A stretch of DNA of 46,365 nt, taken from Catajapyx aquilonaris (lineage: Eukaryota). Under the pieces are notes generated by a model that was given only the letters and a program-made list of their open reading frames with translations, searched no databases and was not told where the DNA came from. Of this stretch, positions 35,762 to 46,365 are shown piece after piece. The stretch lies in contig JYFJ02003110.1 in assembly GCA_000934665.2 (NCBI GenBank), forward strand, positions 1 through 46,365. Reading direction: 5' to 3'. The position numbers and the translations under genes are program-made. The number at the start of each line of letters is the position of its first letter. The stretch's first letter is position 1.

Positions 35762-36606
35762 CGTGAAATGCCATCATTTACGTATGGCACCAGTTATTAG
35801 CTCTTGATAACATTATAAATGAGTCACACATTTCCATTATTATTTTTAGCACTTGCATACATATACTGAATATGCAGTAAATATTAATAAATGTCTAGAC
35901 TGACAAACAAAATTCTTGTTAGGTGTCTGGCCTTGACTTTTGCTGTATGATTTGCGAATTTATATTTCACAATTCCAGCTCCACGTGCGATTTTTTTTAC
36001 GTGACCAGGCAATGCACACTTTCAAGGTCTGCATCCAACGTTGATATAACGTGACGTCGGGAATTTTCTCGCACGCGCTGCTATAATATTATGGTGGAAA
36101 TGCAGATGAAATTGATTATTTATATAAAGAAAGAGATCCTTGACTTTTTAAAAAAAATCACTTTTGCACAGTATGAGTCTTGCAGAGTTTAACTTTTAAA
36201 GGGTCAGGTTTCGTGTACATTAAAAAAAAACAACGGGTAGTACCATCATAGACGACCTTTGGAATTTTGGAGGTGAACTGGAATAGTGTATTTTTAACAC
36301 TTGAGATTAACATACTTGCATTTCAAGTACACTCGTTTCACGTCGTACAATAGGACCGATCAGAAGTGAGTAATTTGTAGCAGATCCTGTCATGTATGTC
36401 CTTGCATATACAGCCTTATTCAATTAGATTTTTTCTGTGCTGTACAGCAAAATTATTAATCTTTGCCAAATGACGATTTCTCCTGGCAGTCTTTTCAGCA
36501 CACTTCCTATTTGGCAATTAAATGCGCGCAAACTGAAATTAATTTTACATTCATTTATGCTAAGTATATTATGTATATACCCATTCAGTTAGTAACGTTC
36601 TGTATA

Positions 36607-37168
36607 CAGGGTGTCTATTGTAACTCTGCAAAGACTTTCAGGGATAATAGAGGGGACCAAGACAAGTATTTTTGACATAGGAACCCGTGTCCGGAAACGT
36701 CATCTAGAGGGGGTTCATAGACAAGGAACGGGTGCGCTCAGACGCGTCAGGCGAGAGGCGCTAAGAGAGCGGACTGTTTTGTTGATAGATGGCGCCCAGT
36801 TGTTGCCAGGTTATGGCGTATCGCGTCGTTGTACGCAAACAACAACGCGATACGCCATAACCTGGCAACAACAGAACCGCTGTTGACTATCCGCGCGTCT
36901 CCTAGGAGGCATACTTTAGTTGCTAGATGACTCTGCTGTTGTCAGGTTATGACACATTGCATCGTTGGTTACTATCTGAGCGCCATCTATCAACAAAACA
37001 GGCCGCTCCCCTATCGCCTCTCGCGTGACGCGTCTGAGCTCACCCGTTCCTTGTCTATGAACCCCCTCTAGATGACGTTTCCGGACACGGGTTCCTATGT
37101 CAAAAATACTTGTCTTGGTCCCCTCTATTATCCCTGAAAGTCTTTGCAGAGTTACAATAGACACCCTG
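36607..37168. mobile_element. Young Tc1/mariner-type foldback MITE (562 bp) with long, nearly identical arms
   Basis: tata|CAGGGTGTCTATTGTAACTCTGCAAAGAC...GTCTTTGCAGAGTTACAATAGACACCCTG|tata. The first ~125 bp of the arms appear identical, which explains the mirror-image ORFs at 36611+ and 37164-. Confidence 0.92.
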
Positions 37169-37653
37169 TATAATTAGTATCAGGGACATGACCCACGCAA
37201 CTTTCAAGTCTGAAATTACCCCAAAATACCAGATATTCATCTTTGTCCTGTTAGGGTTGCACAATACTTTCCGATCCATATTCAAATGACAGGGGTCAGC
37301 ATCACAGTGTCAAAGTGTGGTCTCAAATCGGGTTGGAATTACTTTGTAGTTTACAGTGTTCACTGAAATATTGGAAGGATCGACCTCGTGTATAAGATAT
37401 TGCTTCAAGGAGAACCGGATAAAATATCCAGCGGTGTATATACGGTATACAGCAAGGTCGTAGCATGATCTCAATGTCAATGTATGATTGTTATTGGTGA
37501 TTCCAGGCGTGGTGTCTTGAAAAATGGCGATTTGTCAAAATTGAGGTCATCCAAAAATGTGCCAGAAGTTGCCCACCTTGACAAGTCCACTCACCGCTTT
37601 CAAAAAAAAATGTTGTGCTACGTACTCTCAGACCTGGATAAGTTACCAGTACA

Positions 37654-39348
37654 ATGTGGTCACTTAAACAGCGGGTTTTAATATGTCTTTTCGTAACCAT
37701 AATAGCTGGTAAGTGACGATTTTAATAATTTCATTGTAATGTAAGCAAGTGATTTTTCTGAGTGTTTACTGTATATGCAAAGCGTGGAATGTTGAATAAT
37801 TTAGGCCAACGTGTATTGCGTTGTCTTCTGGAGTCGTACCTGAGGACAATAATTTTCAATTGTGCAATTGAAATAATTGGCGAATTTGGGACAGCCGTTA
37901 CATAGAACAACTTACCTGATAATTTTTGTAATTACAATTTGCAGTAAATTCCCAATCAACAGAAGGATTATTCGGATGGCTGAATCCCAAAAGTTATGTT
38001 AGATTCTACATATGGACCAGGTGAGTTGCGCATTTTTATTAAACTTGCAAATGAAGTGACATAACGTGGTGTACTTTGCCAAATATAGAGATAGCCCTGT
38101 TGGGATCGAAGTGCCCCTGAGGAACTTGACCTCGTTGCTCACTAACGGATTTGAACCCTCTCACCCCACAAAGGTCATCCTTCATGGAGTCGGCGGAAGT
38201 GGACGTTCCCCAGAGCATCTTTTCCTAGTCATTCAAGGTATTCGCCACAGGAAAATGTCAAAGGTTACTTCATGGGGAGCGCATGTAAAAGGCTCTTTGT
38301 CAATAGGTCGAGAAAGCAGATGAACTTTACCGATTCTCTCATATGGCAGTATAGTTAGTTGCTGAAGTAGCTACCTTTGAAGAGTTATATTTGAATGTGG
38401 TAATGCAAATATGACAGCAATCATTGCCCAATGATTAGGAAATTCAAGTTGTCACTTTTGTTTTCAGCATATCTTTACAAAGGCGGTGCCAACGTCATAA
38501 CAGTGGACTTTGGAGCACTTGTCAACTATTTAGTACTGCCATTGGCTCCGGGGACTCCTCCATTGGTAGGCCGAATTGTGGCCAAATTTTTGGACACCCT
38601 GTCGGAGATAACACCACTCGAAAAGTTCCATCTGATTGGCTTCAGCATAGGAGCACATGTAGCAGGATATGCAGGACAGCATGTCACCACAGGAAAGATA
38701 GGGCGCATTACTGGTAAGTTTACACGAGTGTCGTGGTCTTTGTTCATGAACCAATCTTTTGACAGCGTTGGACGCGGGCAACCCTGGCTTCCAGTTTGTA
38801 GATGACGATGAGCGTCTTTCCCCCGACGACGCAACGATGGTCGACGCCATCCACACCGACGCCGGAAGACAGTTGATCTTCGCCTGGGGAATAGACAGAC
38901 CTGTTGGACATGCTGATTTCTATCCTAATGGCGGTACCAATCAACCTAATTGTCCGAGTGTGTATGGCCTACACTTTCCGTGTAAGTTGGGTTATTTCAT
39001 TTAATTATTGGTTTAATTGACATGCTCAATTTCAGCCAATTTCTGCGATCATACTCGGTCCATATTGCTCTTTGCTGAATCGATTGTGAACGATGTCCGA
39101 TTCATGTCCTGTCCAGTGTCGAATTGGACCCAAGTGGATTCAGGAATGTGGCCATGTTCAAGAGATAAAATGGTAGCCATGGGTGAACCTTTACCTGACA
39201 GGTAATCGGAATGTGTTTTATGATGTGTCTGTTTTGTGAAGGTTGACATTTTTTCAGTGCAAGAGGCGTGTACTTTCTTAGGACAAGAGGAACACATCCG
39301 TTTTCAATGGGATATGGAAGTGACAGTACTGAAGCTAATGAGGTTTAA
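37654..39348 (+). CDS. Secreted pancreatic-lipase-family enzyme (lipase H / phospholipase A1-like, no PLAT domain), 332 aa
   Basis: 7 exons, GT-AG and phase-consistent: 37654-37708, 37945-38020, 38089-38237, 38468-38713, 38766-38981, 39036-39201, 39258-39348 (999 nt). Signal peptide, TKVILHG, NVITVD, HLIGFSIGAHVAG (Ser), RITALDAG (Asp), VDAIHTD, GHADFYPNGGTNQPNC, CDH (His), GVYFLRT. Confidence 0.92.
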
Positions 39349-39687
39349 GATGTGACATTTGCTACTATTACAGTGTAAAGGTAGGTGATGAAATGATTGA
39401 ACTGTAGTTACCCCCATCACATTATTTATTAGTAGACCCTTTTTACATTATACTTTAAGCATCTTACCGTTTTAAATAAAACTGAAAATTGAAAATAAAC
39501 ATAGGCATTATACACAGTTGCATAATAATATGCAACGTCTAACTCAACCGTTTAGTTTTAAAAAAATCTGGTGGTTGAAAATGTCATGTGAACATTTGCA
39601 AACGTATTTTCGTCATTGTTACAGTATAATACTTTTGCACACTGACATTAATTAATTATACTGAATTTAACCTTGTAATATCAGTAT

Positions 39688-41944
39688 TTACACGCTAATG
39701 TCCTTCCTCTGGAGTGAAATCTTGGTGCGACTGCAGAGCTGTGAGTGGCCACCTTTCCAATGATTCAGCTGAAGTGAGCAGGAAATTTTGTAAATCAGTT
39801 GTGATATTTATAATGTTCAATAGAAAACTCGGAATCATGCAATGGTGATTTTAGCTTGATGATTAATTGGGCCACTTACGGTTAGTGACATGAGACTAAC
39901 CTGGCATATTTCACTGCAGTAGAGCACTTCCTTGCAGAAAGGACAGGTGCTGTCAGTGGGCCTTCCGCACACGTAGCATTCACTGCATTGTTCCTGAAAA
40001 AGTACAACAAATGAACATTGGCCAGTACCATGTATACAACAAACTCACCTTTTCTGACGACATGTCCAGATTATCTGTAACAAATTGTACTTCTTTTTGA
40101 ACAAATATGACAGAATTTTAGTGTGAATGATTAGGAACTTACCTATCCCTAGTGAATCCAGTTTTTTAATCTGCTGAGTCCTGGAGTAAGACGGGGATAT
40201 GTCCATCCTTGGAGGGGTCAGGTCATTGCAGGTCACCAGAAACTCAGCCTCACTTTCGTTCAAAGAAGGTAGGAACGTGTATGTCGTGATCTCCACCAGA
40301 GGCTTTGTGAGAAGACACTGCAGAATTTTCTTCGGAAGTGAAGGTCTGTCTTCCTTTTGGACCGAAAGTTCCTTCAAGGCAAGTCTGCACATTTCTTCCA
40401 ACTGGATATCGTCAATTTGGTTCCACATTCGCATGTTGAATATCACAATTCGCAATTCAAGCAGTTGTTGTACCAGGCTCGTTTTCAGTTCATTACCTGT
40501 TGACTCCAGTCCTGGAATACCTTTTTGCATACACTCTAGTACTTGCTTTAGGGAGAAGTAGTTGTGAATGATGTTGGCGAAGTAGGTGGGGAGATTTGAT
40601 AGATCTGGAGAGAATTTGTTGTCGCAACTTGTGTAGGAAGGATGCTTGGCTTTGTCCATCATAGAGGAGTCTGGTGGTGGCACTTTCTTGGAGTTATCTG
40701 CCAACGACTCGTATACAATTTCCATGTCATTATCTATTGAATCACTAGCAGGTTCCATTTTGAGGGTCTTAGTTGACATCCTACGTTGTAAAGTAGTGTC
40801 GAAATGCGGTAAGTCGTGATGTAAATTGATGTGAGGACTGTCTGGAATTTCGAATGTGGAATCAGCATTGGTCCGTTGTGTTGGAGAATCACGACATTTG
40901 TGCACAATACGAGTGTCAAAACATGCTGGATTACCAGCAGTTTTAGCTGATGGAAGATCATTTTGTTGATGTGAATCCGATGGGAAACCGTTGTCTTTCT
41001 GTGGACATTCAGGAACAGACTTTTGAGGAGTTATCTTGTGCAAGTACTCCTCCAACTTGGTCAGGTCACCTTTACTCAGCATAATATTAACCATGGTAGA
41101 ATCACCTTCTATAGGATCGTCAATAGTGTGCAGCGCTTCCACTGTTTCTTCAGGTATCATAGTATCCAACATAGACCGCTTCTGTGAATCGTACCTCTTC
41201 TGGAGATCCTTCAAATTTTCACTCAAGGACGTGAACAAAGCCAACTTCTTCTCGTTGTACACTTGTGCCAATTGATGCAAATTGTCTACATCTTCCTGCA
41301 TATCCGATCCATCTTGTGTGCCAACATCGGATGTTTCAGGCTTAATTTGGCAGCAAGAATCCAACTTATTGACCTTCAATAATGGCTCAGTTTGACTGTC
41401 TCTAGTGCATCGTAGAACCTTCCTCACCTTGGAGGCCGGTCCATCCTTCTCTCCTTCGATGATCTTCCTCCGTTGGCAGTCAACCAGTTGCCTGCAATGG
41501 TCCATGGACATGGTCTTCCTGTTTGGATCGCAGTCGTTGTCGTAAGTTGGGTAGCTGGAGCTGGAGTAGGCGTCTCGATAGTCATCTTCGAAGTTGGTTG
41601 GAGGTATCTGCTGGTATGCTGGTGGAGGATAATAGTCGTGGTAACTTGGTGGGATGGGAAGGAGTGGCCCATGGTGTTGTCCTGCTGGATGGCCGTGGTT
41701 CCACCTGGAGGTATTGAAAGGTGAGAAGTTTGGACAATGCACCATTAAGTCAAATGAGCAACCAAGAGGAACAACAGTGTCCACCTTAAAAGTTATTCTG
41801 ATGTATTTTCAGGAAGCGATAATTGTGACTTCGATACTCTGTTAATAATTATTTTAAGGTAGAATTTAAACATCGTACTCACATGTATTCGTCTGGTCGA
41901 TATGGGTATGGCCCAGGTCTGTATCTGCCACGCCTTCCGTCCAT
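39688..41944 (-). CDS. Uncharacterised 607-aa protein with a C-terminal MYND zinc finger
   Basis: Exons 41944-41883, 41704-40143, 40074-40049 (26-nt microexon), 39993-39901, 39768-39688, all GT-AG and phase-consistent (1824 nt). The last two exons encode CYVC-x7-CPFC-x5-CSEIC-QLNHWKGGHSQLC, the MYND consensus. Confidence 0.8.
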
Positions 41945-43098
41945 TCTGCAACTGGAAAAAAAGTCACACATTTATAGTTATCGCCTAATCAGTGATAAGA
42001 ATATGCATGACATGTGGAAAAATGCCAAACTCACTGCAAGATGTAATAACTAATAATGAGTTGTCGTGCAGGCGTCTTAATTATATCACTGCCTGATATT
42101 GTTACATAAACACGCGCCTTTGGACCAAATTAAAACTGATAATAAACAGATGAGGTTTGCTAGTTCTAACACATTATAATAGAGTAATCACCACACACCT
42201 GATTTCACACACTGGATGCAGAAAAAAGGCGCCAATTATTTTGCCACCATTTGTGTGACCACGACGATCTGAACTTAGGGATATCAAGTAGTGAACTGCC
42301 GATTTCATGCGCCGCCTTTGTATTCACATATTAAGCCGGTCATTTGATGCCCAATTTGTGTCGATGTTATTAGAACAGTCTAGGTGAAACGACAGTCCGA
42401 AGCTGTTTTGATTTTTTAAACTAAAAATTGCGAATCAAATTAGTCGTTTATTTGCATTTGAAATGTACGGGCTTGACATCTGAAGGTTAGGATTCTTGGC
42501 CAATGCACGCCAGTATGTCTCTGGGCTTGTGGGTCAAGGTCTCGATTGAGTAATAATTCGGTTGATCGTAGCAGTTTTTAGTTGACATTCCCGCCATGAG
42601 ACCACCGTATTTGATCCTCATCACAGCAGTAATTTTAGTGTTTGTGACAAGCAAGTCATCATTGGTCACCATCAAGGAGTGTCCTGTCAGATTCCTTCTC
42701 TGGAATCTGGACCGAAGATGCTATCTGATCAACAAGCAGGTAGGACCATATCTGTTATGACTAATATTCCAAAGATTAGCTGATTAAATGGTGTGTGATC
42801 TGTAGTGTAAGCTTCAGCACGTGTATGTTCAATTGCATCATGCTTTACACGCGCGATTGGTGATAACCGGTGACGTCTAGATAAGAAAATTGTTAGACAC
42901 AATGCTGATAAGATGTACTATAATTAGTAAGTCACGTTGGATTTTAATGACAAAGAAGATATTTACGTCGTAATACAAAGGATGTTTCATAACAATAACA
43001 AATTGCACAAATTGATTGCAATATTTTTATTCGATATCATAGACCTGTATACAACATACTATGAAATATATCCTTCAGTACTTGTCCGTTCTGAACAA

Positions 43099-43888
43099 TT
43101 ACACCCAATTTGGGCAAACTCCTTCCAGTGCAGTGGTGTGATACTTCGGCGCATTTGGTCCAGAATATTTGTCTTGGAGCGACTGTACCTTGTCAGGATC
43201 AGAAGGCGCATTGTCTCTTCGGAAGATCAGGACGATAACTGAAATGTATTACAAACAATTAAACTCAATATTAGACTCAATGAGTTATGATGTACGTACT
43301 TTTATCATCTGGCATGCAGAGTGGCCACACCAAATAAGTATCATCCACCATCACAATCTGAGTGATACGTATTGTGTTCCAGGGAGTGGTTGTTTGCTTA
43401 TCAGTGACAATAGTTGGTATGAAGGCCGATTCATCAGATGGATCTCGCTTGAATGTGACCATAAAAACAGACCACTTTTGGATGCTGCAAATGAACTCTG
43501 TTAGTCAAACGAGTTTACGGTTAAATTTACGTCATGATGAAAATTACCCGGAGTCGTAAAAGGCGCCATGTATCAGTAATGTTTTGTCAGTTGGTTCATG
43601 AATGACAGTCACTGTGTGGCACCATGCTGTTGGTGGATCTTCACTTATTGAGACCACCTTGTAGGTACCTGCTACCTAAAATATACCGGGTGTTTCAATT
43701 GAACAGTTTAGTGCCAAAAATATTTATAACCACTACATTGCAATTTAAATAATATGAGAATATGAGATACTCACTTGTGACAAGTTGAGATTTTCGACTC
43801 CTTCGTTGCTGGGGCAAGCCTGGGTGTTGACCATCTTCAGATCAAAAGCGATGGAGAGGATCAAAACTACTTCAATAATATTCATCAT
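43099..43888 (-). CDS. Divergent secreted lipocalin (ApoD-like architecture), 188 aa
   Basis: Exons 43888-43775, 43675-43548, 43484-43300, 43238-43099, GT-AG with phases 0,2,1 (567 nt). Signal peptide, ACP..VENLNLSQ|VAGTYKVV (SCR1-like), IVMVDDTYLVWPLC (SCR2-like), VLIFRR (SCR3-like), four Cys. Confidence 0.75.
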
Positions 43889-44021
43889 CTGTTGAAGAGA
43901 ACAAAATATTAGTAGGTTGTTATTGGAAATACAGTCTGCATGTGAGTATACCTTGGGTGTGTTGGTGCTTGGTGCTGGTATGTCCAAGTTGGAGTGTTGC
44001 CTGTTCAGAAATACTCCCGTG

Positions 44022-44029
44022 TTTATATA
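44022..44029 (-). promoter_or_regulatory. TATA box for the lipocalin gene, with a probable short non-coding first exon (donor near 43950)
   Basis: gTATATAAAc on the minus strand, then caag|gtatac, then acceptor ttcaacag|ATG at 43888. Confidence 0.5.
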
Positions 44030-44375
44030 CAAAATGCATGGCTTTGTGCTGTCCTGTATTGACATGATGTAAAATATTGACAATTGTCCTCTAAGTAGTC
44101 AATATTCTAGGCGCTACGTAAAATACTGCGTATTCAGAAAGTATTAATGTACGGTCCATTTAAAGTGTCACTTACATAACGCAGTGATTATGGCTGGTAC
44201 AAGTAGTTGCATTTCCGCATGTGGAATAAAAGACCTGTTTGGTCGCATGCTGCAATACTCATAATTTTGCTACAAAACTGAGCCATATACCGGTACTCTT
44301 AGTGTGTAACAAATATTGGTACAAAAATTATTCGAACAGGATATCCCACTTCAAAATGCCATTTCTCAGGTGTAT

Positions 44376-44639
44376 ATCATATAATTCATACCCCGTGATA
44401 GGCCCCTTGGGCCTCTTAGGGGATCATCTTTTGAAAACCAGACTTTAATCATTTGCCTGAAATGTGATGGATTTTGAGAGTGGGAGGAAACGGGAGAACC
44501 CCGAGAAAACCCACGCGAACACGGAGAGAACCCATCGAAACTCTATCCACATAAGTATCCTCTCTCCGATCCGGGGATCGAACTTGGGACCTTGGAGGTG
44601 GAAGGCTGCGGCGCTAACCACTCGGCCACCGTGTCGCCC
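44376..44639 (-). mobile_element. tRNA-derived SINE with V-domain-like core and 15-bp TSD
   Basis: Minus strand GGGCGACACGGTGGCCGAGTGGTTAGCG (A box) ... GTTCGATCCCC (B box), then gttctctccgtgttcgcgtgggttttctcgggtttctcccgtttcctccca. TSD atttctcaggtgtat at 44361-44375 and 44640-44654. Confidence 0.88.
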
Positions 44640-45537
44640 ATTTCTCAGGTGTATCAAAGACATGTTGGCAGTGGTTCAGAGGCCCTAATTTTTGTTTTCC
44701 TGATACATGGTACCAGGACTGTCAAAAATAGGCTCAATATTACATTTCTACAACACCTTGCATATGTAAAAAATGGACATTATCAATAGTTTAGTTAAAA
44801 TTAAAATGCTTGCGGACTATGTATAAGCCCTCTGATTGGTCCGCCCCCATATTGTTCCCGCCACCTCTTCCCATTGGCCCCCGTCCATTGTTACTTGGTC
44901 GTATCCATGACGCATTGTTACCACGACGACTCCGATTGGCCCCCGTTCCGAGCATGCGCAATGGGAGTGGAACACGTCCAGTTGCCTGCTGAATCGAACG
45001 TAAGAAGGCGGGTTGCAAATATCACGCGTTCGAATTATTAGCCTGGAACGTACAATGTTGTTGGTCTTCCAGTGATGGTGCCAACTGGCAGGTTGTTTAT
45101 ATACAGTCAGTGAAGGTTATTGAGTTGGCACAACTGGCAACCAACAATAGAATCCAATTACACTGTACTCCCGATTATCAGGGTGCGGATAATACGTGCA
45201 TCGCCATAATATAAACATTTACGTCCGAAAAAATGTCACGAATTTTTGTCCCACTGCTAGATAGTGCATACTGATAACTTAGCAGTGGTACGGGAAATTC
45301 AACCCAATATCAATATCAATGTCTCACCAACGAAAAAATATACCATACTTTTTCTAGAAGGCAAAATAAAAATCTAAGGTAAGCTTTATTTTTTTGGATT
45401 AACCAAGCAGCATGCTCTTTGTACAGTAGTACATCAATAATAATTGATACCCCATTATCAGCCCTTTAGGCTTTATTAGGGGGGGGGGGGATTTCTCCCA
45501 ATTTTTTTTTGTCTGGAACTCTTTCCATTTTTACTAT

Positions 45538-46365
45538 TGTAACGCTGGGTCAGTTAGGGGATTTATGATTGGGATTAAGGATTATGATTGGGAGTGAGGA
45601 TAGGTTCGGATGCCCACCGGGTTCTCCAGTATGGAGTGGGTTGGGGCACTCTTAATCAAGGCGAGTTCTCATTACACATTTATTGAGCAGTACATGACAA
45701 TGGTTATAGGCCTTTACAGACACGTTCAGGATGACCACCCTGCTTATGGCTGGACATGGGACCAGGTCTTCACTGGTTATACGCGTACACAGTACTGACA
45801 CCCATACTCACTGCTGCCGGTGGCGCTGGCGTCTCTCGGGTTCAGGGATATCTTGGGACTCTTCTGTACCTCCAGATGACTCCTCGACCGTTCCTCCGAC
45901 GTTACTCCAACGTTCGACTACCAGACATTCGACTTCACGCTCGGCTTGTCCACGCTCGACTTTCGACTTTGCACGCTCGACTCTCAGACATCCGACGCTC
46001 GACCCGAACTGGTCGATTCTCGCTCCTTATATCGTGCCTGATACTTTCAGTTTCTCTTCTATTTTTCTGGGTTTGGGGGTCCTTGTGGGTCCAAACCGTA
46101 TGACTTTCCCTTCTTTTCCGGGTTGCAGGTCACTATAGGTAGTCAACAGGATTCCATTTCGCTAGGATATGGCTCCTTGTTGACTTGCCCTTGGCTGTTG
46201 TTCCCGGTCCAATCTCCCTTTTACTTCCGTTTTCTCTGCCGGTTGGGCCACCGCCACACTATACTTTTCATCGGAATTGAGGCAAGGATAGGTAAGGAAG
46301 GAAGCGGCTGTGGCCTATAATTACGGTAACGACCCCGGAATTATCCTGCGGTGACCATGGGAAAC
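45538..46365 (-). mobile_element. LTR of an LTR retrotransposon (3' or solo LTR), running off the window end
   Basis: Minus strand shows TATA-like gATATAAg (~46027-46032), AATAAA (45679-45684) and terminal ...CGTTACA at 45538. GC-rich relative to the flanks. No tRNA primer-binding site follows. Confidence 0.6.

Noticed and set aside
36611..37164. Two near-identical ORFs on opposite strands as a duplicated gene pair
   Set aside because: They are the two arms of the foldback MITE.
41705..41784. GTG start of the 579-aa ORF
   Set aside because: Phase matching shows the upstream ATG exon splices to 41704, so this stretch is intronic.
42487..42725. Short minus-strand ORF between the MYND and lipocalin genes
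   Set aside because: No compatible acceptor or phase and no motif.
1..46365. CRISPR arrays, rRNA, bona fide tRNA genes or prokaryotic operons
   Set aside because: None seen. All tRNA-like boxes belong to SINE-like sequences and the genes contain spliceosomal introns.

Overview
AT-rich, intron-rich animal genomic DNA. The gene content (26/29-kDa proteinase, FPI-1-type inhibitor, CYP4, Armitage-type helicase) points to an arthropod, but this is inference and the species cannot be read from the sequence. Following splice sites and reading-frame phase by hand gave seven complete, phase-consistent gene models: a fungal-protease-inhibitor-1-like 12-Cys peptide (-), a 26/29-kDa cathepsin-L-like proteinase (-), an Armitage/MOV10L1 piRNA helicase (+), a CYP4 P450 with a GC-AG intron (-), a short-lid pancreatic-lipase/PLA1-type enzyme (+), an unrecognised protein with a C-terminal MYND finger (-), and a divergent 4-exon lipocalin that the ORF track fragments (-). 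There is also one orphan terminal exon, tentatively PTCD3-like. Introns and intergenic DNA are rich in transposons: a full-length but frameshifted DD34D mariner inside the armi gene, tRNA-derived SINEs with TSDs, a decayed hAT, many MITE/foldback elements and an LTR. I found no convincing new multi-gene system. The most unusual items are a template-switch inversion that created a perfect hairpin inside the mariner transposase, the hidden divergent lipocalin, a retroposon 3' tail shared by three different elements, and the nested transposon pile-up inside a piRNA-pathway gene.
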